Below, in pieces: positions 11,047 through 23,530 of a stretch of DNA of 64,000 nt. The stretch is from Zancudomyces culisetae HAW-14-8. Taxonomy: Eukaryota > Fungi > Kickxellomycota. Every line of letters starts with the position of its first letter. The stretch's first letter is position 1. Location of the stretch: NCBI GenBank assembly GCA_052426225.1, contig JBNJNM010000022.1:62001-126000 (forward strand), given 5' to 3'. A program made the translations under genes and the position numbers. The notes below the pieces were generated by a model. That model searched no databases, was not told where the DNA came from, and worked only from the letters and a program-made list of their open reading frames with translations.

Positions 11047-12326
11047 ACTAATCCGAATTAAAGTGACATTCTTAAGTTGCTTTATCTTATTTTATTTTAT
11101 TGTATTTAGTTTTTTTCTGTTTAGCGTTTAGTGTTTATTGCAGGTCTGGAAAAGGTGCGGAAGGGAGGAGGGTGTACTGAATTTTTTAGATCCTAAATGA
11201 TTAATCTGGTTACATGCATCGAATCTTTAGACCTCCAATACTATTATTATTACTACATACAAGTATCGCTTAGGTCTTTTTTCCTCCAAGCTTTTGTGAT
11301 TATTAATTAAAGATGAGTGTAGTGAAAAGAAATAAGAATATATTTAGGGAATGGGGGCATTTTATAAACAACAGTGAGCAATGTGGTGGGGGGGGGGAAG
11401 GGGGTTGTTTATTTGTGAACATTTATTTAGGCTTGTGTACTAGCTGGAGAAATTAATGTACAAATCGTTATTTTAGCGTAGCATCTATATTTTCGACGTT
11501 TTTGTTCACTTTTGTTTTACCTCCTTATCAATGTTTTTGTGTTTAAACGATGCCTCACTAAACAGGTGGTGATTAGAGTAAATAAATAATAATATAAAAG
11601 CAAGCAACAGTAACATAAAAAGAGCCCAATTTTTTCTATGTTTTTGAATTTTTCACATGATGCTGTTGTAAACGCTCTCACTCACCATTGTGATGATGTA
11701 GTGTGTATTTGCGCGTGTTTTCATCAAAATCAAAGAACATGAATGGAATAAAAAAAAATACAAAGAATAAATGTGGTTAAAAACAAAAAGGATAATTGGA
11801 CATCCAAATAATTCAGGTCAAATACTTTTTTTTTTGTGGTTCAAAATAATAGCATGTGCAAGATAAAATCGACTGTAAAAAAAAAGTGCCTATATGAATT
11901 AATTCCTGAGCCAACGCCCAGTAGGTATGGGAATCCTGAGAAGGTCGGAGGGGAATTGGCTATGTAAATATCAACTAGTATTGTTTTTTTTTGTGGTTTA
12001 TGTGGTACTTATTTAATAAATTCATTGAGCAAGAGGAATTATAAACTATTTAATTATATCATTAAAAATTAAATGAAAGGGAGAAAGTGCTAGGAATTGT
12101 ACAAATAAACGATAGATAAACAGCTATATAATAGATTTTGGATGATCTTTGCCCTAATTTGAATTTTTTGAAAAACCCAGAAGTTCGTCCTGAAGTGGCT
12201 GTTGATTTTTTATTTTTGGATTATAATTTAAAGTACAACAATTTAGAATTGTAGGCACTTGGATAAAAAGAAATTGTATGTTGCGGAAAAAAAGGAAAAA
12301 TAGATAAAAGTATATAACTAGAAAAG

Positions 12327-15326
12327 ATGCAGTATGTCGGAAGTTTGATATCGTCCGTTTCAGAGTTTTATAGAGACTTGAATCCCTCAACTCTGTCAGG
12401 TGCAATTGATGTCATAGTAGTTAAAGATAAACAAGGTAGATTATCGAGCTCACCATTTCACGTCCGGTTTGGCAAACTACAGGCATTGAGACCCTCAGAC
12501 AAGGCAGTAGAGATTATTGTTAATGGGATTAAAGCGGATTTTTACATGAAGCTAGGGGAAGCAGGAGAGGCGTTTTTTGTGCTAGAATCGGAGAAAGAGG
12601 TGTCAGGAGATATTATGACGTCACCGATTGCTTCACCGACATTGACACAAGTAGACGATGTACCCGAGTATGGAGACTTGGCACGAGCAGGTAATCGAGA
12701 AAATCAGACACCTGAAAAAGACAGTATTGGAGGAGAGGGAGAGGGAGAAGGAGGGAATGGAATGATAGAAGTAAAGGGGGTTCTGGGAGAAATATCGGAA
12801 AATAGAAGCTCTATAGAGGGATTAGGACTAGGATTCAGGGATGATGGAGGGATTCCAGAGAGGAGTTGGAAGCACCGCAGGCCGTTGAGTGTGGTTAGTG
12901 ACTCGGAGGTGGAATTCAAGGGGGTAGATCTTGAGAGGATTACGCAAGTAGAAGGGGGGAATAAGAAAAGTAAATGGGACTGGGGTAGCAGCATAGAGGA
13001 AGGAAAGAAGGACAAAGAAAAACAACGAATTATGGAAGGGATGGCAAAAGAGGAGGAGAAAAAGGAAGAAAACGAGGAAAAGGAAGAAAAGGAAGAAAAG
13101 GAAGAAAAGGAAGAGAAAGGGAGATGGGATGTAGAGGAAGAGCTCAAAAAGATGATTAGGAGAGATGTAGCTACAGTTGTTGACGGGGAAAAGGGGAGAG
13201 ATAAACTACAGAGATCTAACTGTGGAGAAGATAGACTAAAGGCGGGACAAAGTCGAGAAGAGAGATTAGAGATATTTGAAAAGGGAGTTATGGCAAAGGA
13301 GGAAGAGATGGAGTTGAAACCAGAGGCGTTTGAAAAAGAGGATATAGTATATTTGGTTAATGGAAACTATTATAAGGGCATATTGTTTGATAAAGCGATT
13401 CTGTCAAAGGTTATTAATGGAAAAATTAAGGAGCTGGATACACTACCGATAAAAATAGACGAAAGAAACGAAGAAATGGATGGGCATGAGGTGTTAGTGC
13501 AACAAATTGAGAGGTATATAGAAGAAGTGCAAAGAGGAGAAGGGGAGAAGGAGGGCGAGAGAGAAGAAGGTAGAAGAATGATACAAAAGAGTGCCACTAT
13601 AAATACTGCAGCGGCGGCATCTTTGCCAACCTCACCGCGAAAGTGGAATTGGTGGAGAGGAAGGGCAGTCTCAGCGACTCCAGATCGCGAAAAGGGCAGC
13701 GAAGAAGAGAACGAAGAAAAGAGAGCAGAAGAAAAAAAAGCAGAGGAAAAGAGGGCGGAAGAAATGATGGCAGAAGAAAAGAAGGCAGGGGAGAAGCTAA
13801 GAGATTCAAAAAGCCGGCGGTATGTTAAGACTCTGCGGATGACAGATGAGCAGCTGCAGTCGCTGGGGTTGCGGCCGGGCGCCAACGACGTGGAATTTCG
13901 AATTAAATCGGGTACGGGGTACTGTCGAGCACAGATATTTTTATACAGTGAGGATGTGCAAATAGTAATTTCGGACGTTGACGGCACAATTACTAAGTCT
14001 GACGCATTGGGCCACTTGTTCAACATGGTTGGAAAGGATTGGACTCATACTGGTGTTGCTCGGCTCTTTACTGATATTAGTAAGAACCAGTACGAGCTTT
14101 TGTATCTGACATCGCGGGCTATTGGCCAAGCCGACACGACTCGCGAGTACCTGCGCAACGTTCGACAGGGTGGCTACCAACTGCCCAACGGTCCATTGCT
14201 GTTATCACCCGATCGTCTGTTTACTTCTTTTCATCGTGAGGTTATTATGCGACGGCCGCAGGATTTCAAGATGGCGTGTTTGCGTGATATCAAGAATCTA
14301 TTTCCTCAGACTGCGACTCCGTTTTATGCGGGATTTGGTAACCGTATTACTGATGCACTGTCGTATCGCAGTGTCAATGTCCCAGTTTCACGAATCTGTA
14401 CGATTGATCCAACTGGCGAAGTCAGGTTGGAATTGATGTTAAATTTCAAGTCATCGTATTTGCATATGGGTGAGTTGGTTGACTTTATGTTCCCACCTCT
14501 TGCTAAGCAGATTGATCCAGTATACAACGACTATGAATATTGGAAACAGCCCCTTCCTGATATTGATTTTGATTCCATTATTGATTCTGAAACCACTAAC
14601 TCCAGTAAATCTCCACTAAAATCCGTGCCAAGTATACCAACGGGTCTCGTCACACACCCCACTGCAAAAACACTTCCAGTTACATCAACTTCACCTCCGG
14701 TTCCTATTGCTTTCAGCAAGGAAAGGAGCAATAGTCTTACTACCTTTACCAGCGTTTCTCCTACCAAACAAAAACCCTCACTCTTTTCTCGTATTACAAT
14801 GACTTCAAGCTCAAACTCTAACACTATTTCTAGTTCAAACTCCAACTCCAGCTTTAATCTCGATTCTAGCTCTATTCCTGATAAACAATCTCCACCAACT
14901 TCTGCTTTTGCCCCCATTCACAATACCGTCACCAATAATCTTTCTGGCCACTCATTTCTTGTTTCTGCATCCAACCTATCACTTAACTCTTCAAGTATCC
15001 AATCCATAAACAATGATGGTGATGGTAGCTATGGTGATGATGGCGGTAATGATGGTGGTGGTCATAGCAATAGTGGTGATGTTGATGATGTTGATGATGT
15101 TGATGATGTTAGTGGTGATGGTAATAATGGTAATAATGGTGATGGTGGTGATGGTAATAGTCGTGATGGTAATGGTGATGGTAATGGTAATGGTGATGAT
15201 TCTCCGAATGATGATAGTAGTGATCGTTTATCCGAAACTGATCGCAATTTCAGTACTGTCAGTGAACTTAATGATCAATTATTTGAAGATTTAGGAATTG
15301 ATATTAACGACTTTCCATATTTGTAA
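12327..15326 (+). CDS. PAH1: Lipin / phosphatidate phosphatase (Pah1/Ned1/Smp2)
   Basis: N-LIP domain (NPSTLSGAIDVIVV...SPFHVRFGK), catalytic DVDGT in the C-LIP domain, conserved YWKQPLPDID motif, acidic C-terminal tail. Confidence 0.97.
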   Translation: MQYVGSLISSVSEFYRDLNPSTLSGAIDVIVVKDKQGRLSSSPFHVRFGKLQALRPSDKAVEIIVNGIKADFYMKLGEAGEAFFVLESEKEVSGDIMTSPIASPTLTQVDDVPEYGDLARAGNRENQTPEKDSIGGEGEGEGGNGMIEVKGVLGEISENRSSIEGLGLGFRDDGGIPERSWKHRRPLSVVSDSEVEFKGVDLERITQVEGGNKKSKWDWGSSIEEGKKDKEKQRIMEGMAKEEEKKEENEEKEEKEEKEEKEEKGRWDVEEELKKMIRRDVATVVDGEKGRDKLQRSNCGEDRLKAGQSREERLEIFEKGVMAKEEEMELKPEAFEKEDIVYLVNGNYYKGILFDKAILSKVINGKIKELDTLPIKIDERNEEMDGHEVLVQQIERYIEEVQRGEGEKEGEREEGRRMIQKSATINTAAAASLPTSPRKWNWWRGRAVSATPDREKGSEEENEEKRAEEKKAEEKRAEEMMAEEKKAGEKLRDSKSRRYVKTLRMTDEQLQSLGLRPGANDVEFRIKSGTGYCRAQIFLYSEDVQIVISDVDGTITKSDALGHLFNMVGKDWTHTGVARLFTDISKNQYELLYLTSRAIGQADTTREYLRNVRQGGYQLPNGPLLLSPDRLFTSFHREVIMRRPQDFKMACLRDIKNLFPQTATPFYAGFGNRITDALSYRSVNVPVSRICTIDPTGEVRLELMLNFKSSYLHMGELVDFMFPPLAKQIDPVYNDYEYWKQPLPDIDFDSIIDSETTNSSKSPLKSVPSIPTGLVTHPTAKTLPVTSTSPPVPIAFSKERSNSLTTFTSVSPTKQKPSLFSRITMTSSSNSNTISSSNSNSSFNLDSSSIPDKQSPPTSAFAPIHNTVTNNLSGHSFLVSASNLSLNSSSIQSINNDGDGSYGDDGGNDGGGHSNSGDVDDVDDVDDVSGDGNNGNNGDGGDGNSRDGNGDGNGNGDDSPNDDSSDRLSETDRNFSTVSELNDQLFEDLGIDINDFPYL

Positions 15327-15389
15327 TCATATATAAATATATTTATATATTTATATGTTTATAAATAACGATATAAATAAATCAAATTT

Positions 15390-17734
15390 TTAAATAAAAG
15401 ATTTAGTAACTATTGAATCGCTTCCAGCACTAACTATCATCATCTTTTCGTCACCATCAATCCTGTCATCAATACATTCAATCCCAACTACTCCTCCTGG
15501 ATGCATCTGCAATTCCGATGCTACTGCTCCAAAAGCCCTATCTACCCGCCACACATACACATGTGAGTCCAGTGCTCCCGACACCAATGTCTGTCCATCA
15601 CTAGCCCACGCCAACGCCCGAATTGCCGCTGTATGACTACTCCACCGACCTGCAACCACGGGTGCCCCTGTCTGTGCATCGCTGACGTTAATACGCCCGG
15701 CCGCATCACCACTGGCAATCAGCTTTCCGCACCGCGAAAACGCCACCTGGGTTACCTCGCGGGTGTGCACAGCCTGTAGCTCCACCACTGCTCCATCTTT
15801 GATTATTCTCACCGTTCCATTTCTGTACCCAACTGCCACTGCCACCATTGCATCCGTGGATCTGACTGTGGCCGCTACTGATGTTGCTTCAGCCCCCTCA
15901 GTCCCCTCACTCACTTTAACTGTTTCTGTTCTAACATCAATATCTACCACTGTCCCATTTGTAAGCACTCCAACCAACGTGTCTGGTCCTTTGCACGCTA
16001 GCCTTACAGCCGGGGCCTCCGTATGGATCTTGCTGATTTTGTCTCCGCGCACAATATACACGCTGTCGTCCTGTGCACCAAGAGCTAACCCTCCACTTTG
16101 CTGTTTCTCTCCACTTTGGGATCCTGCTATGATTGCCATACAGTTAATCTGGCTACTGCTGTCCTTCTGATCTCCTCGACTTATTTCTTCTACTTCATTA
16201 TCTCTACCAATATCTCGATGGTATATCTTGCCATCATAACTTGCAGTGTATACGCCTATCTCTCTCCCAGCCCCTCTTTCTACTACCATGCTTGTTATTG
16301 GCTTTTGGTGACCCCTGATCTGTTTTACGGTTTTTAGCTCGTTTTCTTCTGATAAAATCGCTATATCTCCCGAACTTGACACGCTCACCATTCTGTTCTG
16401 TGTCCAACAACATCCAAGTTGACCATTTTCCAACCTTATTGTTCTATATTACATTTGTCATATACACACATACACATACACCAACTATTATTATCAAGTT
16501 TTGACATTTATAAATTCCTCTATCTATATTTATTACCTTTTCAACTCGTTATTTTCCACATCCCATATTTTCACTGTCTTATCTCCAGATACCGTCATAA
16601 TCTTTTTGCTATCTGGGCTCCAAGCCACTCCATAAATACTTGCCGTGTGCCCCTCCGCGCCATTCCCATCCACCTGCTTCACGGTATCACCTGTGCTTCC
16701 CTCATGCAATACTATCTATTTGAGGTATTTTTTTCATTTATTTTTTTTATTTTTCCAAAAAATACCTGTATATTCGTCATATATTCTCTTACTTTTCTAT
16801 CACTCCCCACACTAACAAAATACTTTCCATCTGGAGAGTATTTTACATCTCGAACGTGATTGTTATGTTCCTTAATCGATCGATTAAACTTGAATGGTGG
16901 ACCAGCATGCAATACCACTGTCATATCCTCCGAACATGTAACCACTCTGTATGGCCTCACTGGTCGAATGCTACTCCCACTAATAGCCTTCATATGTCCC
17001 GTTATTTCCCCCACTGAATTTGCCGTATCAAACATTATCGCTACCCCAAACTTATCCCTTCCCTCGCCTACAGCCACTACTCTTTTACTCTCTCCATCCC
17101 AACTGATCTCCCTTATTGCTCCCGAAAGTGCCCGCGTCTCTGTCTTAGTAATGTATTCATGCCCTTTTGTACCCACCTCTGCCGCGTTAAATCCCCATAT
17201 CTTTAAGTTTCCTTGAACATCTATTTGCAAACATCTTTTATTTTCCAGTATTCGCCCAACACCCCCTCTTCAAATATACTCTAGCAACAACAACAACAAT
17301 AATAATAATAATAATAACAGGATAGATATTATTAAAATATGACTCCCACCCACCTCCTGATGCTATATAATATCCCGAAGGCGAAAAAGCTGCCGCTGTT
17401 GTAGCAACTTTATGTCCTTTGTATATGCTGCCTATATTCGGGTTCTATCGAATACAAATAAATAAAAGTAAAAACACCAAACATTTTATGCTTAGCCCCT
17501 GACTGCAGCAATATTTATCTCTCCATCCTTCCTTTGACTAAACTTACCTCCAGATTCCTGATAATTATGTTTCTTCCATTTGCATAAACTATCCATTCAC
17601 CTTTTGGGTCCACTGATACCTTGATTGCCTGGCCCTCAAGAGCTGACGGATTTGGCAAATATTCTTGACCTACAAATATTATTTTGCTTGTTTAGCTTCT
17701 ACACATTACCTTCCCTTCTACTCTCCCCCGACAT
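15390..17734 (-). CDS. AIP1: Actin-interacting protein 1 (WDR1), 6 exons
   Basis: Exons approx. 17734-17710, 17669-17548, 17444-17354, 17220-16793, 16715-16537, 16443-15390 join in frame through GT-AG introns. Motifs LPNPS, FSPSGYYIASG, DGESKRVVAVGEG, GPPFKFNRS and WD40 repeats. Start codon less certain. Confidence 0.92.
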
Positions 17735-18235
17735 TCAGATTGACAGTATTCAATCATTATTATGCTTCAAGTAATTTTCGTATATTATCCTACTTTTTTC
17801 TATACTCGCTGCCATTTTTATCTGTTTGCTGATGTTCGTTTGCTTTGGTTTTCTATTGTAAAATTTACTCCACTACCTGTTCCGTAAAAATAAAAGAGAA
17901 GTTGGGCTCAAAGCTACATCTGGTCTTGGTATTATTCTTTTACCCTATTTGTTTACTTTTAAACTCGCATTTTATTTTCATCCACCAAATATTTCCAACC
18001 TTTCCAATTGAAATTAACGAAATTAAAAATTCAAGCTTTTCTGCCTTAAAACCCCGCCAGTTGTTTGTTCTTTTTTGGAATGAAAACCATTAACCTTGCA
18101 ACAATATTAAATCCATTTCTCTATCTTTTAGCTTTAACTTTTATTTAATCATTGCAAAGAAATTGTTTTTAAAAAATCTGTATATTTCAAGTCAAAAAAC
18201 TACAATATCATTCGAAAATCCAAGTAATGTGTGAA

Positions 18236-18856
18236 ATGGCCGACTCTTTTTCTGTAAATGTGAAAAATACCGCTGCTTTGATAAAGGGGTATAGGACCGA
18301 GATTGTGTTATTTGAATATCAAAACTCAATTCTGATTCTAATGACCCAGTACAACAACATTGGTACTATTGTAAGTTAATTTTTATATGTTTAATGCAAA
18401 AGCACACTGTTCTTCTTTCTATGATAAACATATAAAGATTCACAATTCTGTCACATATCCTATATTCTCTAGATGAAGCTAACTATTGAGCAAAGTTCAA
18501 GTAGCAAATACAACTCTCTAAAGTACGATTATTTTGACCACGAACAAACCGACGACTCTGAGTGCTTCGACGACCACAACAACTCGGTTGCCTACTCCAC
18601 AAAGTTTCTCCTCGGAAGTGAAAACACAATGATAAATTCCAATCGAAATCTTTTCCATTCAGTTCTATCGGATCGGATAGCTACCTCACTCTCCAAAAAC
18701 CCTGCCCTTCAGTCAAAACCCATTTACTTTGGCTTTTCTTTTTCAAACAAATTTTTAACCGAACTCTTTGAGCTCCAGAATAACACTAGCAATACAAATC
18801 TCCCAACTTTTAGAAATTTTATTGACTCCATTGTTGAGCTGGTAACAACCCTTTAA
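18236..18856 (+). CDS. PSMG3: Proteasome assembly chaperone 3 (PAC3), 2 exons
   Basis: Exon 1 18236-18370 (MADSFSVNVKNT...ILILMTQYNNIGTI), intron GTAAGT..TAG 18371-18472, exon 2 with STKFLLG. Both resemble PAC3 motifs (ILVVVTQFGKMGT, TTKVLLG). Alternative in-frame ATG at 18227. Confidence 0.8.
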
Positions 18857-18972
18857 TCCCTTTTTATTTTTGTTCTGTTAGGCATCCATGTTTATTCCTA
18901 CTATTGTATATTTTACCCTCTTCACACTTTTCATCAGATTTCCTCCTCACCACTCTCCACCACGTTTATTTA

Positions 18973-19923
18973 TTATATAGAGCCCTTATTTTTAATCCTA
19001 CTTTTGTACTTGTGCAATGCTGAACTTATTAGACTACTACTATTTTTTGGAGCTAAGCTAAAATTTTCACTCGTCTTTGGTTTCTTGATGACAGGCTGTC
19101 TCACTGTGGTTTCAAGTTCGTGTTTCAAATTGTGCTCTACATTCTTCTCTTCCTGATGTTTTTTTATTATTTTTTTTGAGCTTGGGTTTTCGGATAAACA
19201 CTCATCATTATCAAATTTTTCAAAGTATCGAGTACTTTTCCCATACTTGGTATAAAGTTCATCTTTTGTTCCATTTATGACCTCTAGTCTCTTCATATTA
19301 TCGTTCAACTGTCTTGGCAACTCAACACGTTCCCCAGTTTTGTCTGGGCAAAGATATTTGTCCCATTTCGACGCCATGGTGTTTTTTAGCTGTAGCGAAT
19401 GTTGCGAATTCTGAATTTTTTTAGGAGAACACTGACTATCTACTTTCTCCTCTATGCTGTCAACTTTTGTTAAATACTCTACTCTTGTGTGCTCAATTTG
19501 GGCCTCACCCCTTGCCATATTGTAACCTTGAGTAATTTTTCTGCAGTCTGAGGCCTCCTCAGACTCAAAGTAAACCTGTATTTTATTATTATTAGTTAGT
19601 ACTATTATACCCTTTGACTATTTTGTACCATCTAGTACGTTGTCGGCCTATAATACTAATACCAATAATAATATGATTTCCGTCTACCTTTATTAAACTC
19701 TGCTTTTCACCACACATTTTACAACACCATTTGCTGCTTTTCTTCTTCTATCTCAATGCATTTTAAACCAGTTACTTGAATTTCAAAACCATATTTTCCT
19801 TATTCTCTCTTTTTATTTCAAACTAGGAGACAATAATTGTGAATTTTAATTTACCTGTTGAACCTGGAATGTGCGACATTCATCGTTTGCACATCGCAGT
19901 ACCTGAAAAATCACCATTCTCAT
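18973..19923 (-). CDS. MRNIP: MRN-complex-interacting protein (C5orf45-like), 3 exons
   Basis: Exons 19923-19855, 19747-19688, 19575-18973 give FQVLRCANDECRTFQVQQKKKSSKWCCKMCGEKQSLIKVYFESEEASDCRK, matching the MRNIP N-terminal Cys motif. Confidence 0.85.
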
Positions 19924-20895
19924 ACCTTTATATATATTTTACATGTTTTTGGAATACGCAGTTACACTTTAAGCCAATTAATCAAAAACATATACCAAAT
20001 TTTTCCGTTCAAAATTGTGGCATAAATGTATTTCAAATTCGTTCTGATTATCCAAAATCTAGCCAAAAAAAAACACCATTGAGATAGTAAAATTTGTACC
20101 AAAATTTGCTTGGATTATACCATATTATTGGTTAATACCTTCATATTTTTTGAAAGTGAGATGGTTTAAAAGGATCAAACCAGCAAAAAAAAACGAATAG
20201 CCATAAAATTTGATTAAAAGTATATAAAGTTCAACAACTCAGATCAACTACACTTTAGAGGTGATTACATGGCTTACTTCGAACCAGGATAAAAATATAC
20301 ACCACCCCCCCCCTGAATAGACAATCAATAGCCTTATCCCCTCAATCCAAAAATGTAATTAAAAAACTCAAATGAACCATCACAATCTTTACAAACCGTT
20401 TTGGTGCTACAAGGACAATAGAAAAAGCAGAGATATTTATATAATCTTTAGATTCTATCTACAATTTAATAGTTTTTTTTGAGAAACTTTTTATAACTGC
20501 TTTCCTTTTAGTGAATAAATAAATAAACAGCAATAATAATAGTAAGTTGATTAAACATTAACTTGAATGGAATTGAACTGTATCACCGCATCCAAGGCAT
20601 GTTTCCAGAAAAGATTGAACAAAATTACAAGTACCGATCATTTACAGATTTAAACGAACATGGCTTAAAGTAAAATGTTTGTGGTTTTCTATTGACTCAG
20701 GAGAAGATAGCTAGTCGAAGAATAGTCGATATTGTTTTTTCAATTTTCTTTTTAATCGATTTTGAGTGTACTATATATATCTATTTTAAAGATCTTTAAG
20801 ATTTTGAAAACATTTTTTATGAGGGACATAATTAAGCCTTTTGAAAAAAAGTTTATTTATGAAAGATAAATAAACCCTGTCAAAAAAAAGGTTAC

Positions 20896-21327
20896 TTAAA
20901 GGTATATAACATCATCTGGACACATGTCTGATTCGTCATCAATAACTATAATGGGAGAATATTCCACTAAGTTACACTCGTCCTTAGTACAGCTGTCTGG
21001 ATGTTCCAAATCCCACGAGTCAGGCTCAGGCAACATCCGGGCGGGTAGAGATCGCAAAGTGTCAAGCGGATATGACATCTGGCAATGCCTATTTGGCACT
21101 TGGATAGGCTGAGTAGCTACAGGGTCGAACTGGTTAGGCTCTTGGTCAGGCTGATCAACTACTGAATTGGTGTGAGTAGGCATTTGGTCAGGCTGATCGG
21201 ATAACTGGTTTTCTGGGCTGAATGTCTGATCTGTCAGGTATAATACAGAGCTTTCTTGGCATCTCAGCTTTGCTTCGGTTTGGCTTATCACGCCTTCAGT
21301 TTTTTTAGAATCACTCATGTTCAGCAT
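20896..21327 (-). CDS. Small orphan protein with 14-aa repeats and C-terminal SIM-like motifs
   Basis: 143-aa ORF from ATG 21327, more GC-rich than its flanks, with in-frame 42-nt repeats. Confidence 0.55.
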   Translation of the reverse strand: MLNMSDSKKTEGVISQTEAKLRCQESSVLYLTDQTFSPENQLSDQPDQMPTHTNSVVDQPDQEPNQFDPVATQPIQVPNRHCQMSYPLDTLRSLPARMLPEPDSWDLEHPDSCTKDECNLVEYSPIIVIDDESDMCPDDVIYL

Positions 21328-23530
21328 TGTATTTACTTTTTTCAAGAATTTATTTTGATTGTTTTTAATTGAGAAAAGAAAAATTTGGTTGATCTAAGTA
21401 GACGTGTTTAAGCCACCCCTTTTAAATCAATTCACAAAGTTTGGTTACCCAGACTTACTAATAAACCCATCAGTAGCATGAATATAGTCATAACCAAGTT
21501 TTTCTCACACCGCTAATTGTGATGCAGCTGAACTGTAAATCGATGCAAGTCTACTAAAGTATATGTAGCTGGTTTTACTGTTCCTAAAGTTGATATGATA
21601 TGTCATTGACTACCATTATATTTTTCCAAACAGAAATTCTAACCAGAAATTTTGTGCATATTCCATAACGACATACGGCACTTTATTTTTGGGTTCGACA
21701 AAATTTAAACCATTGATTACTCGAATCATTCTGTATTTTCTATAAACATTGGTTCTACAAAAGATTTCCCCTTTCGCTTAACCAATAAAGATGAATACCC
21801 ATCTTTACAAGGTGTCAATAACATTAGAAAACTGCGATTATAATTAGTATTATGTTAGGCTTGCATTCCAAAAATCTGTTTTTGGGCGTTTGTGATATAT
21901 TTTATTCCCACCTCACCATCTTCCCTTCCAAAAAGAAAGTCATACAAAATTTTAGACACAACTTCTACAACAATTTGTAATATAGCTTATATTTTTCTAC
22001 CTTGGCAAAAATTTGGGTCTCTTCAAAATTATGTAATATTTAGTGATAAAATATCAAAAGTAATTTACAGCTAGCCAAAAAAAAAACTGGGATGCTTAGA
22101 AAAAAAAGCTGTATTTTAAATAAAGGTGGTACTGGCTTTTTGGTATAACTATCATAGGAAACAAAGAATTTATACCAGATGTCACAAGAAAATGCTTGTA
22201 CACACACTCAAGATGTGTTACTACAATAAAATATAGCTTTGTATTTGTGGTTTGCAAGCTTTTAGCAGATAATGAGTTATTTTGTTCGTATTTTGGTTTT
22301 CATTTTCCTGCCCTTCGCTAATAATAAATATAGATGCGATGAACCAAGAGGTAAAAAAACAAAAGCTGAAAGGATCAACTCGTTTTGAATATTTGCGCCA
22401 ATCATGCGTTGAAGGAGTATGAATGCTAGACTACTCTTTTTCAGCTAACTCTTCTGCATTCCAGAAAGGATTGTATCTTATGATTATTCTCAACCAATAG
22501 CTAAAGTGATTGCAGCAATAAACTCTTTTTGTTTGACAACGCTTTGCCTATACTTTCAGTTAAAGAACCAAACGACAAAATTATCCAATTTGCTTGAGGT
22601 TCGTCATGAGGTTGTGAACTATCGATGCTTTTAGTTTAGAATATGCAATGTTAGTTATTTATTTCTCTGTACGTATAGTTAGTATACATTTTGCCCTCCT
22701 GCCTATCTTCAGTTTTAGTAAAGATATAAGTTTCATAATGCAAAATTATCAATTACTGTATTAAAATAGTTTTGTTTTTTTGTTTGCAGCAAATAAAGAT
22801 ACAAATGTTTAAGTATATGCTTCTATTAGAGCACTAGCGATAACAAATAGTGTACAAGAAAAATAAAAGAATTATAAATATTCAAGTGGAAAACACGCCC
22901 TTAAAATGCCCAGCTTGGTTAACTTTTAATTCTCTATTAAGTACAAACCTGATTATCGCTTAAATGGCAACCGAATGAAGTGTGGTTATTTTATTTTACT
23001 CTACAACCTAAACTTCTCCAAAAAGTAAAACCACATAGAGTTTTAAACGCAACTGCTTGCAAAAAACCAATTCAAAATCAGCCTACCTCCGCACATGTAC
23101 AAGCTTGGAGTTTTGTTATTAAATATGTAAAGAATATCTGCAAGAATCCGTAATACTCTGCAGCTAGCTTAAAAGAAAATATTGAGAATATTACCTCTGT
23201 ACTAGCTTCCACTAGACTGTTCCTAATGGAAAAAGAACAAGTGTTACATACAAATTACATGGGTGTTAGTTTAGGAGCCAACGCACTTTTTTTTAGAGTG
23301 GAGTGCTGTTCAATTTTTTTATAAACTGTTATATCGATTAAATATAAATAGGCTTCAGAACCCACGAGATCGTATTTTTACTTATAAGACTGCTTTAAGT
23401 ATAAATATTTTGATCAAGAACCATTAGGCTAAACAAAAATAACTTAAGAATTACCTATTTGGATTTAAGGAAACAAGCAAACTTGAGCACAAAATTTTGA
23501 ATATCTGACGCAAGCCTTTTTTTTAGCAAA

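Noticed and set aside
12704-15294. Long alternative-frame and antisense ORFs in PAH1, and similar ones in AIP1, the CBM19 gene and TAF10
   Set aside because: Shadow ORFs caused by low-complexity, strand-skewed coding sequence; no independent protein features.
22159-22168. Ste11 TR-box match (TTCTTTGTTT, minus strand) between the orphan genes
   Set aside because: A single AT-rich 10-mer is expected by chance in a window of this size and composition.
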